Made by a program: the position numbers and the translations under genes. A DNA stretch of 40,315 bases from a virus (lineage: Duplodnaviria; Heunggongvirae; Uroviricota; Caudoviricetes), in IMG/VR virus record IMGVR_UViG_2541047797_000007, one strand, 5' to 3'. This document shows, one piece after another, positions 27,673-35,151 of this stretch (within the stretch, counting starts at the first letter, position 1; each line of letters starts with the position of its first letter). Under the pieces are notes generated by a model. That model was not told where the DNA came from and ran no database searches. It was given only the letters and a program-made list of their open reading frames with translations.

Positions 27673-27778
27673 TCCACGCCAGATTGATTAATGACTCCCA
27701 GGTAATATAAACCCGGATACCAGCAGCCAGGCCGAAACCAATCACCATGGCATAAAGCAGAGCGTTGCACTTGTTCAT
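27656..27778 (-). CDS. Possible 40-aa single-pass membrane peptide (MNKCNALLYAMVIGFGLAAGIRVYITWESLINLAWSAIRG)
   Basis: ATG overlaps the stop of the DUF551 gene by one nucleotide (TGATG), and a GGAGG SD sits 6 nt upstream. Not in the ORF track (below the length cutoff); translated by hand. Confidence 0.4.
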   Translation of the reverse strand: MNKCNALLYAMVIGFGLAAGIRVYITWESLINLAWSAIRG

Positions 27779-28320
27779 CACTTCACCTCCTGCTGCTGTG
27801 CTGCTGGCATTTCACGCCAGTGCGTAACTGAGTGCGGATCCGGATATTCGGTGCCATCATCCCAGCGATTGCCATTCCACATTGCAGACCACATCTCACC
27901 GTCTTCATACATGACCATTACCGGAATTAACTTATCCGGCATTCTCTCACTACAGCTTATCCAACCATCCGGAATTACCGGAGTTGGTCCATCGAATTCG
28001 GGCATGTCAGGACCTTTTCTGATAGCTTTAGCCAGCTCCAGCGGGTCATCGTAAAGCCAGTCGCCAGTTTGTGGGTGATTTGCTTCTGCAAGCTGCGCAG
28101 CCCATTCAAGACCATCTTTTTGACCTTGGAGATAATCAAGCGGCAACTCTTCATGATTACTTGCAGGTTCGGCACTATCAGCTTCGCGCCGCTTCTGTAG
28201 CTCTGCTGCCATTGCTCTCACGACTTCAACTGGTGCCCTTGCAGCAAACTCTATGTTGGTGATCAGCTCATTAAGATATTGCTCGCTGGGATACTGTTTC
28301 TTATTGGTAATAGTGGTCAT
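27778..28320 (-). CDS. DUF551-type phage protein
   Basis: C-terminal segment WISCSERMPDKLIPVMVMYEDGEMW...VTHWREMP matches the DUF551 pattern (W..SERLP...THWMPLP) as I recall it. Confidence 0.6.
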   Translation of the reverse strand: MTTITNKKQYPSEQYLNELITNIEFAARAPVEVVRAMAAELQKRREADSAEPASNHEELPLDYLQGQKDGLEWAAQLAEANHPQTGDWLYDDPLELAKAIRKGPDMPEFDGPTPVIPDGWISCSERMPDKLIPVMVMYEDGEMWSAMWNGNRWDDGTEYPDPHSVTHWREMPAAQQQEVK

Positions 28321-28330
28321 GGGTTAGTCC

Positions 28331-29341
28331 TTATTCGCAAACGCCAGCATAAACGCTGCTGCAAACTGATTTGTCATTTGACTCTGCCAGCAGGTCAAAT
28401 TGAGCACCGCCTCTGGTGGTCATGGCCCAGTCACGGTAAGACTCAATACCGTATGCATCGACAGTAACGACGTCGATTCGTTTTTCTGCTCTGCGCGGGT
28501 CGTGCGTTGACGGAAAGAACGTTGAATTTCCACGGCGTGAGCAGGCAGCGACAAATCGCTCCCACTCTGCTACCCGTTTAATTTCTTCCGGCCAGCGAGT
28601 GAAAATTTCTGCCAGTTCTGATTTTCTGGCATGGATACATGGCATGCATCCAACCCGACTACAGCCCTGCTGGTAAAGTGGATTTGGCTTAATGCCATGG
28701 CGTTTGGCCAAGGAAAATACCTCTTCGTGCGTCCATTTCAATATTGGGCGGTACACATGCAGACCAGGGGTATTATCAGCATCTTCTTCCCACTCAGGCA
28801 GGCCAGCGCGGGCTGGGGATTCTTGGGCGCGAACTCCCTGCCAAAGAATAACTTCATCGTATTTTTCTAGCGCGGGGAGAACTATCTGATCGCGTACCGG
28901 ATCGTGCTTAAGTTCCAGAGAGCAGAAACGTGCTTTTGTACTCGGGAACCTGCCCTTCCACATGCACAAATCAAGGAATGGGTTTCCTGTTGGCTTGAGG
29001 ATATTCAGCGCCTGGGTGATACGTTCTGCGGCCTCCTCGTTAGACATGCCACATTCTTCAACCAGAGATATAGGCCATTTCTCAGCAATGAATTTCCGCT
29101 TACCTTCAATCTTTCGATTAAAATCAGCCTTCACTCGGGTTACCGGGCCGAGCAAAGATTCAAGATAGTCCAGGTATTCCATTGTCTGCGGGTGCTCATG
29201 TCCGGTATCCGCGAAAACAGTTATATGAGGGACACTGTTTTCAACGGCAAGGATCCATTGAGCAAGGCTGTCTTTCCCGCCAGATACGGAAATAACGTTG
29301 ATTGTGCTGGTTGCTTTGCAGCGTTTGTCGATGTTGCTCAC
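28331..29341 (-). CDS. Phosphoadenosine phosphosulfate (PAPS) reductase-family protein (PP-loop ATP pyrophosphatase fold)
   Basis: PP-loop motif SGGKDS near the N-terminus (VISVSGGKDSLA) and Cys-rich C-terminal region (CSRVGCMPC). Confidence 0.75.
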   Translation of the reverse strand: MSNIDKRCKATSTINVISVSGGKDSLAQWILAVENSVPHITVFADTGHEHPQTMEYLDYLESLLGPVTRVKADFNRKIEGKRKFIAEKWPISLVEECGMSNEEAAERITQALNILKPTGNPFLDLCMWKGRFPSTKARFCSLELKHDPVRDQIVLPALEKYDEVILWQGVRAQESPARAGLPEWEEDADNTPGLHVYRPILKWTHEEVFSLAKRHGIKPNPLYQQGCSRVGCMPCIHARKSELAEIFTRWPEEIKRVAEWERFVAACSRRGNSTFFPSTHDPRRAEKRIDVVTVDAYGIESYRDWAMTTRGGAQFDLLAESNDKSVCSSVYAGVCE

Positions 29342-29562
29342 TCTTCATCCTCCAAGTCGGCAACGGCGTCCATCACATCAGAACCGCGAATAACCTCAAA
29401 AGCACGGCAGGCCATTTGAAATACCAGTTGCTCTTGCGGATGCGGTGATTCCCAATATTTGAATCCAGGGCGATGCTCGTACCCCATCATTGAATAAAAA
29501 TCACCAGCAAGCTTAATCGCGGCATCGACAAGCTCTCTGTTAGTCATTCTTTTTCCGCTCAC
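29338..29562 (-). CDS. Hypothetical protein (74 aa)
   Basis: Coupled (ATGA overlaps) between two early-operon genes. Confidence 0.45.
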   Translation of the reverse strand: MSGKRMTNRELVDAAIKLAGDFYSMMGYEHRPGFKYWESPHPQEQLVFQMACRAFEVIRGSDVMDAVADLEDEE

Positions 29563-30041
29563 TGGTTGCCTCCTTTGCGAAGCTGGTCGGCGAACAAACG
29601 TACACCAGACGCTTCACTGCGTAGAAACTTAACGGCATCATCAAAACCACCTCGTTCTGCGTCGTCTGCTCCGTTGTCGAGGTTATCTGCGTACATCTCT
29701 ACCCCCTGCGCCCGTACTTCAGCCAGGAAAGCATCGGTGGCTGGCATATTTCCTGTTGCCTTCATTGCCTCCAAAATAACCAGAACGCCATCTCGCCCAA
29801 TCTCCTCGCAGATAACCTCGGTGCTGTCGCCAACAACATCGCAAAATGCCTGAACTGCTTTACGAGCCAGCGCATTCTCCGCAGCCAGCGCATTAGCACG
29901 CACCAGTTGCACTTCCAGCTGCGTTGCCAAATCGCTGATCAGCTTTGCCACACTACGCATATCAACGGCACCACATTCTGCTTTCAGTTCCGAAGCCATC
30001 TCATGCCCGGCGGCAACTAACCCTTTGATATTACTTTCCAT
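29559..30041 (-). CDS. Hypothetical protein (160 aa), acidic C-terminus
   Basis: ORF in the nin-like region; no motif recognised. Confidence 0.45.
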   Translation of the reverse strand: MESNIKGLVAAGHEMASELKAECGAVDMRSVAKLISDLATQLEVQLVRANALAAENALARKAVQAFCDVVGDSTEVICEEIGRDGVLVILEAMKATGNMPATDAFLAEVRAQGVEMYADNLDNGADDAERGGFDDAVKFLRSEASGVRLFADQLRKGGNQ

Positions 30042-30102
30042 CTTTACCCTCGCTTATCCACATAACTTATTGATTACATTGATAACTAAAAAGATCGTCG
30101 CT

Positions 30103-30447
30103 TCAGAACTCTTCGATGTTCCAGCCACCACCTGCTTTCTTTGGTTTAACCGTTACCCCGATGATTCGGAACGGATACTGATCTGCGGCGACTTTGGTTT
30201 TCACCCTGGCGTCGTCGGTCCAGAAACCTTTCACTTCGTGCAGTTCCATCTCGCCGGTGGCGAGCATCACAGCAAAATCGGGCGTATAGAACGTGTTGTC
30301 AGCTAACCGCAGCTTGATACCCTCAAATCGATACCAGACGATTTCTCCTGCACGTTTACGCAGCTCAAGGTGCTGGCAATACGCAGATTCTGTTTTGTTC
30401 ATTTGGCCTGTTTTGAGTCGACCAAGAGCCTGTATCTGTTTTCTCAT
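30103..30447 (-). CDS. DUF1064-type phage protein
   Basis: Sequence pattern (YCQHLELRKRAGEI..YRFEGIKLRLA..YTPDFAV...ELHEVKG) fits the DUF1064 family common in lambdoid nin regions. Confidence 0.6.
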   Translation of the reverse strand: MRKQIQALGRLKTGQMNKTESAYCQHLELRKRAGEIVWYRFEGIKLRLADNTFYTPDFAVMLATGEMELHEVKGFWTDDARVKTKVAADQYPFRIIGVTVKPKKAGGGWNIEEF

Positions 30448-30450
30448 GAT

Positions 30451-30465
30451 TTACCCCTTAGGTAA
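30451..30465. promoter_or_regulatory. Operator-like site TTACCCCTTAGGTAA
   Basis: Perfect TTACC-N5-GGTAA, 3 nt upstream (minus strand) of the DUF1064 start codon. Confidence 0.55.
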
Positions 30466-30512
30466 TTAAAAACCACATAAGACATGAAATCAATAGAGAT
30501 TAGAACATTTTG

Positions 30513-30527
30513 TTACCCAACAGGTAA
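30513..30527. promoter_or_regulatory. Operator-like site TTACCCAACAGGTAA
   Basis: Perfect TTACC-N5-GGTAA in the same intergenic region, 62 bp from the previous site. Confidence 0.55.
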
Positions 30528-30564
30528 TCATGTAGGCGTAAAAAAATGCGCTATCGCGCTGGTA

Positions 30565-31365
30565 TTACTTGATAAATCCTGCCGCCTTTCCCCGCCTGTA
30601 TTCCTCTATCAGCCACTGCGCCGGTGTTATTCCCCCCAGGGTGGCGGCGTTAGGCATGCACCCGAAACTTCGCCCTGGTGGATGGTAAACGTCTCTCCCA
30701 GTGTCAGGAGGCGTACTCATGGGTTCTGGCTTTGCCTGTATGCTGATCACCGGATCGGGTATCTGCTGTCCGGAAGCCACCTTTTTCGCCCAATCATCGA
30801 GCAGCCTGCGCGCGTGTTTCTCAACCTCAATCTCGCTAAGCTGGCGCTGATACATTGCACGGCGGGTATCACATACGACCCAGTACATAACCGGATGTCG
30901 CCACGGGAATCTTTCGGGACCACCAGGATATAAACTTTTTTCCTTGCTGTACCGGTGAAACTCCGCCATCACATCGTCAATGGTGACGCCAAGAACCATC
31001 TTGCTGTCTTTACACCACTTGATAAATTGCCCAGGCGACGGCCAGAACGGAGATTCACTGGCGCGGGCGTGGCGCATACCAGCAGAAACCTGTTCACGGG
31101 TTCTGATCCCCCCTTCGGCAAACGCAGCAATCCACTGCTGTTTTGCAGCAACTTCCTGCTCTGGCGTCTTCAGGTTGGTTACCACTGCCGCCGGAAACAG
31201 TTGTTTCAGCTGTTTGAAAAGGGCATCAACAAGCCTCTCTGCTGACATGTTCACCACGTTGTCATTGTTGGTGTACTGATGCTCATAACCTGACATGCGA
31301 GAAAGGGCTTCTCCGTCACGGTTTTGTATCGCGGTAAAAACGTTGTTCACAAGAAATCCTCCCAT
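30565..31365 (-). CDS. Replication protein P-like (helicase loader)
   Basis: Segment WIAAFAEGGIRTREQVSAGMRHARASESPFWPSPGQFIKWC closely parallels lambda P (WVLAFRENGITTMEQVNAGMRVARRQNRPFLPSPGQFVAWC) as I recall it. Confidence 0.8.
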   Translation of the reverse strand: MGGFLVNNVFTAIQNRDGEALSRMSGYEHQYTNNDNVVNMSAERLVDALFKQLKQLFPAAVVTNLKTPEQEVAAKQQWIAAFAEGGIRTREQVSAGMRHARASESPFWPSPGQFIKWCKDSKMVLGVTIDDVMAEFHRYSKEKSLYPGGPERFPWRHPVMYWVVCDTRRAMYQRQLSEIEVEKHARRLLDDWAKKVASGQQIPDPVISIQAKPEPMSTPPDTGRDVYHPPGRSFGCMPNAATLGGITPAQWLIEEYRRGKAAGFIK

Positions 31366-32162
31366 GCTTCAGGGCTGTTCCAGTGCGGAACGTTGTTATC
31401 AGGTAATGTTGATTGCTTCTGTCTGCTAATCTGCAGCCGCCTTGCCAGCTTCTGCTCCCACTGTGCCTGATGGTATGCCTTACCCTCAGCCATCCAGTAA
31501 ATTCTGAACTCTGCAAGTTCCTGTGCCGTTGGCAGACTGTCCAGGTAGATCCCCTGCAATGAGCTTTTCCGAAGAAAGTCATCTGATGGTTGCCATTGTT
31601 CATGCATGACAAATTTGCCTAATTGCCCTGGCCCACCAGGAGGAACAAAGTTATTCATCACGGCGTTGTTTGCGCCGGGGTCATGAGGCACAGAATCCCC
31701 GGTTTTTGTCCTGCTCTCCCTCTCTTGGTTAAATGACTGGTTATATGACTGGTTCTGGATCCCGTTTTTGGGATCATTCAACATCCCGTTTTTGGGATCA
31801 TTCAACATCCCGTTTTTGGGTATATTCCCGTTTTCGGGAACATTACCGTTTTCGGGTTCATTACAGCCTTCTAGGTTGCCTTTAATGTTCCCGTTTTTGG
31901 TTATATTAAGAGAGAAAACCCGCACTCTTTTTGTCGCTCCCTTTCTCTCTCCGGTATCTGAAATAAGCCCCATTTTCATGAGCGATATAAGTCCGGCCTG
32001 CACGGTTTTTTTATTCAGGCAAGTGTCTTTAACGAGGCGTTCTATGCTGGGGTAGCAGAGGTTATATTCATCGGCTCTGTCAGCCATCGAGAGCAGTATG
32101 AGCTTTAATGACGAGCTACCTGGATCTGTCTCCCAGGCCCAATCTGTTGCATGTCTGCTCAT
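31347..32162 (-). CDS. Replication initiator O-like protein with internal iterons
   Basis: N-terminal HTH-type replication-protein domain; the central part is encoded by tandem DNA repeats (protein repeats NGNVPENGNIPKNGMLNDPKNGMLNDPKNG); overlaps the P-like gene. Confidence 0.75.
   Translation of the reverse strand: MSRHATDWAWETDPGSSSLKLILLSMADRADEYNLCYPSIERLVKDTCLNKKTVQAGLISLMKMGLISDTGERKGATKRVRVFSLNITKNGNIKGNLEGCNEPENGNVPENGNIPKNGMLNDPKNGMLNDPKNGIQNQSYNQSFNQERESRTKTGDSVPHDPGANNAVMNNFVPPGGPGQLGKFVMHEQWQPSDDFLRKSSLQGIYLDSLPTAQELAEFRIYWMAEGKAYHQAQWEQKLARRLQISRQKQSTLPDNNVPHWNSPEAWEDFL
31755..31910. other. Candidate origin of replication: about 6 iterons with core CCCGTTTTTGGGA inside the O-like gene
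   Basis: Direct repeats at about 31761, 31785, 31809, 31827, 31846 and 31890 with 18-24 bp spacing, each containing a small dyad (TCCCG..GGGA). Confidence 0.7.
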
Positions 32163-32177
32163 GATTAATCTCCGCTA

Positions 32178-32378
32178 TCAGCTTGAATGTTGTGGGGAGG
32201 AATTAATCATGATCTGCTTAATCTCTGCCCTGATGCGACGGTTTGATTCCATGGTGCACTCAACACAGTGTCCGTTGTAAACCCAGCGTTCACTGTCATG
32301 TCCGTGCTTACATGGTTTTCCGGTGTAGTAGCGTTTAAGTCCGCGCTTTGCGGCATCAATACGTGTAATGATTTCCAT
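32178..32378 (-). CDS. Small Cys/His-rich (zinc-finger-like) early protein
   Basis: Start placed at the internal ATG (MEIITRIDAAKRGL...); motif CKHGH...NGHCVEC; located between the Cro-like gene and the O-like gene. Confidence 0.45.
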   Translation of the reverse strand: MEIITRIDAAKRGLKRYYTGKPCKHGHDSERWVYNGHCVECTMESNRRIRAEIKQIMINSSPQHSS

Positions 32379-32528
32379 GGTAAGCCCTGTTATTAGTATT
32401 GGGATTACGGTTATTTTGTGCTGACACAAAAAAAAGATCAACCAGATTTGGTTTTTTATTACCTTTGAGGTGCGAATAGATATGAAAAGACCGCCGGATG
32501 GCGGTCTACAGAGGGTTGTGGCTGGATA

Positions 32529-32759
32529 TCATGAGTAGAAGAAGTATGCCAGTTCTGCTTTTGAGCGCAGCCATTGTCTTGTTTTACAGGCTTTAAAAAG
32601 CCCATTCATCAATACCTTACCTGGCATTTTGCGCTTACCTGTTAAGTGAGTCTGGATATAGTGACTCGTCGTTCCGGCTTCCTGTGCGAAGGCTTCACGC
32701 TCATCCGGAGTAAGTGCAAGCCAGTGCTTTTTGAAATCGAAATGTCCGTTATCGCTCAT
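32529..32759 (-). CDS. Cro-like small HTH regulator (first gene of the early replication operon)
   Basis: 76 aa; segment LTPDEREAFAQEAGTTSHYIQTHLTG resembles an HTH; divergent from the CI-like gene across an operator-rich region. Confidence 0.55.
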   Translation of the reverse strand: MSDNGHFDFKKHWLALTPDEREAFAQEAGTTSHYIQTHLTGKRKMPGKVLMNGLFKACKTRQWLRSKAELAYFFYS

Positions 32760-32791
32760 AGCTATTGCCTGATATTTATTTCAGATAATAA

Positions 32792-32820
32792 ATATTCACC
32801 CATAAGGTAACAAAAATCAA
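32792..32820 (-). promoter_or_regulatory. Candidate early promoter driving the Cro-like/O/P operon
   Basis: On the minus strand: TTGATT, 17-bp spacer, GAATAT. The spacer contains operator site TCACC-CATAA-GGTAA (32796..32810). Confidence 0.5.
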
Positions 32821-32858
32821 GGATAGTTACCTATGGGGTGCATTTACCTATTGGGTAA
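32796..32858. promoter_or_regulatory. Operator cluster in the immunity intergenic region (three TTACC-N5-GGTAA-type sites)
   Basis: Sites at 32796-32810 (TCACC..GGTAA), 32827-32841 (TTACC..GGTGC) and 32844-32858 (perfect), plus an AT-rich dyad ATATTTATT / AATAAATAT at 32772-32795. Confidence 0.65.
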
Positions 32859-32913
32859 TATTGCTTTAAATTGAATCATCTACTGATTCATATATGAGGC
32901 GATTTTCCAGAAA

Positions 32914-33498
32914 ATGAAAAGTATCCAGGACGTCCGCAGGCAAAATCTCAACGACTTGATCGACCGTGAATTCAATGGTGTTCAGACGCGGATGGCAGAA
33001 AAACTTGGAACTCAGGCAAATCTGGTAAACCGCTGGGCTCTTGGCAAGAAGGTTATCGGCGACCAGGTTGCGCGAAAAATTGAAGCTGCCGCCAATAAAC
33101 CCCGTAACTGGCTTGATATCGATCGCTCGCTTTCTCAGGAAGGTTTTCAGCCTGTCGGCCCAAGCGACATTGGTCAGCTGGCGGCTCACAACCTAGAACG
33201 CTGGATGAGCGAAAGCCGCGACCTTTCAACGCAGGGAAAACTTCACCGCGCATCCGGCGTCGCCCAGGTGACAATCAGCCGCCTGTTAAACAATGAGGTC
33301 AGTGTTTCCATTTCCACCCTGGAGAATGTTGCATCCGCATTCGGGCGTCACGGCTATGAATTACTGATTCACCCGCACGACCCTGCGACCATCAACTATG
33401 ACCGCTCGCGCTACGCATTGTTACCTGAAACAGAGAAGGCAAAGATCGAAAGTTACATTGAATTTGTCATCAGCCAGAACGAAAAAAACAAACAATAA
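32914..33498 (+). CDS. CI-like repressor candidate with two HTH domains and no S24 peptidase domain
   Basis: Two HTH-like segments (MAEKLGTQANLVNRWALGKK and ASGVAQVTISRLLNNEVSVSISTLENVA); divergent from the Cro-like gene; followed by an intrinsic terminator; no Ala-Gly/Ser-Lys autocleavage module visible. Confidence 0.6.
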   Translation: MKSIQDVRRQNLNDLIDREFNGVQTRMAEKLGTQANLVNRWALGKKVIGDQVARKIEAAANKPRNWLDIDRSLSQEGFQPVGPSDIGQLAAHNLERWMSESRDLSTQGKLHRASGVAQVTISRLLNNEVSVSISTLENVASAFGRHGYELLIHPHDPATINYDRSRYALLPETEKAKIESYIEFVISQNEKNKQ

Positions 33499-33518
33499 AA
33501 CCATATTTTTCAGTAAGT

Positions 33519-33545
33519 AAGCCGCCTCATGGCGGCTTTTTTATT
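33519..33545 (+). terminator. Rho-independent terminator after the CI-like gene
   Basis: Hairpin GCCGCC-TCAT-GGCGGC followed by TTTTTTATTG. Confidence 0.75.
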
Positions 33546-33555
33546 GCCTGTGCGA

Positions 33556-33570
33556 TTACCTGATGGGTAA
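33556..33570. promoter_or_regulatory. Operator-like site TTACCTGATGGGTAA upstream of the early-left promoter
   Basis: Perfect TTACC-N5-GGTAA, 20 bp upstream of the -35 hexamer. Confidence 0.6.
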
Positions 33571-33589
33571 TTTTTTTAACTCATATCTA

Positions 33590-33617
33590 TTGACATCAAA
33601 CCAGATACGCATAATTA
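33590..33617 (+). promoter_or_regulatory. Candidate sigma-70 early-left promoter
   Basis: TTGACA at 33590-33595 and TAATTA/ATAATT at 33611-33617 (15-16 bp spacer), with an operator site overlapping the -10 and start region. Confidence 0.55.
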
Positions 33618-33632
33618 TTACCTCAACGGTAA
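33618..33632. promoter_or_regulatory. Operator-like site TTACCTCAACGGTAA overlapping the early-left promoter
   Basis: Perfect TTACC-N5-GGTAA directly abutting the -10 element. Confidence 0.6.
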
Positions 33633-33651
33633 CAGACCGAGGTAACAAGTT

Positions 33652-33801
33652 ATGCAGTGGAAAATCATCAACGGTTGGTACTGCGTTACTGCATGCGGAT
33701 TCATGAGCTGGAAGTTCCGCACCTTACAGGAAGGCATTAAGTGGGCTTTCGTCAGCAAAGAAGCTCGCGATGTGGCCAACGATAACGAGATATGGGAGTA
33801 G
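33652..33801 (+). CDS. Possible small protein (49 aa), first gene of the early-left operon
   Basis: Hand-translated MQWKIINGWYCVTACGFMSWKFRTLQEGIKWAFVSKEARDVANDNEIWE; SD GAGGT upstream; below the ORF-track cutoff. Confidence 0.4.
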   Translation: MQWKIINGWYCVTACGFMSWKFRTLQEGIKWAFVSKEARDVANDNEIWE

Positions 33802-33809
33802 GTTAGCAA

Positions 33810-34844
33810 ATGAGTGAATTATCAATCATCGAAATCACACCAGATATGGCACCAAGAATTTACGTTGAAAAAGGACTGGAAAAGTTTCTCGAGCAGATCC
33901 GTGAAGGTGTTAATGAAGTGCCTGACATTAGCACAGACAAAGGCAGAAAGCGCATTGCATCTCTGGCTGCGAAGGTTTCAAGAAGTAAAACAGCGGTAGA
34001 AAAACCAGGACGTGATTATCTGAAACGCCTGAAAGAACAGCCGAAAGTAGTTGAAGCAGAGTTACGACGCTTCGTAACCGAATGCGATCGGCTTCGTGAT
34101 GAAGTACGCCGCCCACTCACCGAGTGGGAAAATGCTGAGAAATTACGCACTGAAGCACTGCAACAACGCCTGACAAATTTGCGAGCACTGGCTGACGTGA
34201 TCGATCTCTCCGGAAACTACTTGCCATCAACTGATATTCAGGAACGAATTCAAGAGGCTAAATCAGTAGCACTTGATGAGAGTTGGCAGGAGTACGCAGC
34301 AGAAGCTGGAGTAGCCAAGGATTCAACCATCCAGAAACTGGAAGAATCACTCGCAGTAGCTCAAAAACGCGAGCATGAAGCCGCTGAGCTGGAGAGACTT
34401 CGCAAAGAAGCGGAGGAAAAAGCGCGCATTGAGCGAGAAGAGAATATCCGCCGGGAAGCTGCTGAACAGGCCAGGCTCGAAGCTGAACAAAAAGCGAAAG
34501 CTGAAATTGATGCTGCGGCACGCCTAGCGGCGGAAGAGAAAGCACGTGCTGAAGTAGCAGAACGTCAGCGAATTGAAGCAGAGCAGCGTGCACGACGCGA
34601 AAAAGAAGAAGCCGTTGCCGAGGAACGCCGACGCCAAGAGGAGGCAGAAAAAGCCCGCATTGAAGAACAGAAGCGTATCGCCGACGAAGAAGCGCGCCGA
34701 GCTGCGGATAAAGAGCATCGCCGTACCGTTAACCGCAGAGTAATCGCAGATCTGATAGCCCAAGGCATTCCCGAAGAATTCGCGCAGAAAGCAATGTTGG
34801 CTATCGCTGGCGGCAAAGTGCAGGACGCGTATATCAAATATTGA
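33810..34844 (+). CDS. Hypothetical protein with long charged coiled-coil repeat region (E/A/R/K-rich)
   Basis: SD GGGAG upstream; C-terminal half consists of AEEKARxE-like heptad repeats; function unknown. Confidence 0.55.
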   Translation: MSELSIIEITPDMAPRIYVEKGLEKFLEQIREGVNEVPDISTDKGRKRIASLAAKVSRSKTAVEKPGRDYLKRLKEQPKVVEAELRRFVTECDRLRDEVRRPLTEWENAEKLRTEALQQRLTNLRALADVIDLSGNYLPSTDIQERIQEAKSVALDESWQEYAAEAGVAKDSTIQKLEESLAVAQKREHEAAELERLRKEAEEKARIEREENIRREAAEQARLEAEQKAKAEIDAAARLAAEEKARAEVAERQRIEAEQRARREKEEAVAEERRRQEEAEKARIEEQKRIADEEARRAADKEHRRTVNRRVIADLIAQGIPEEFAQKAMLAIAGGKVQDAYIKY

Positions 34845-34845
34845 G

Positions 34846-35151
34846 GTGGGTATGAACGTTAATCAGCAGAAAAATCTTCAAAAAATCATGCTGGCATTCG
34901 ACAAGGACTACCGCCTGTCAGAACAGCTATATGACCGACAAGTTGAACTGATTGAGAGTATCCGGCTTCATCAACTGGCATCAACTTTCGACGTTGTAAC
35001 AGTTAAAGGCGTTCGCCAGGAAGTACTGGAGGCCGCTAAAGACAGCCCTGAGTTCGAAGAACTAATGGATGCCTACCGGCGCGAGGCAATGGCTATTATC
35101 GCCCGCTGGGATCTGGCTGATCAGCTTGATGGGCAGAGGGACGCGGCATGA
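34846..35151 (+). CDS. Hypothetical protein (101 aa)
   Basis: Coupled ORF between the coiled-coil protein and the small HTH protein. Confidence 0.45.
   Translation: MGMNVNQQKNLQKIMLAFDKDYRLSEQLYDRQVELIESIRLHQLASTFDVVTVKGVRQEVLEAAKDSPEFEELMDAYRREAMAIIARWDLADQLDGQRDAA

Noticed and set aside
27486-27770. 94-aa minus-strand ORF
   Set aside because: Trp/Cys/Pro-rich junk translation overlapping the 27325..27672 gene and the small peptide ORF in other frames.
32421-32440. Hairpin TTTTGTG-CTGA-CACAAAA as a terminator before the Cro-like operon genes
   Set aside because: It is flanked by A-runs on the plus strand and T-runs only upstream on the minus strand, so it lacks a proper 3' U-tract in the direction of transcription; more likely a leader hairpin or weak pause site.
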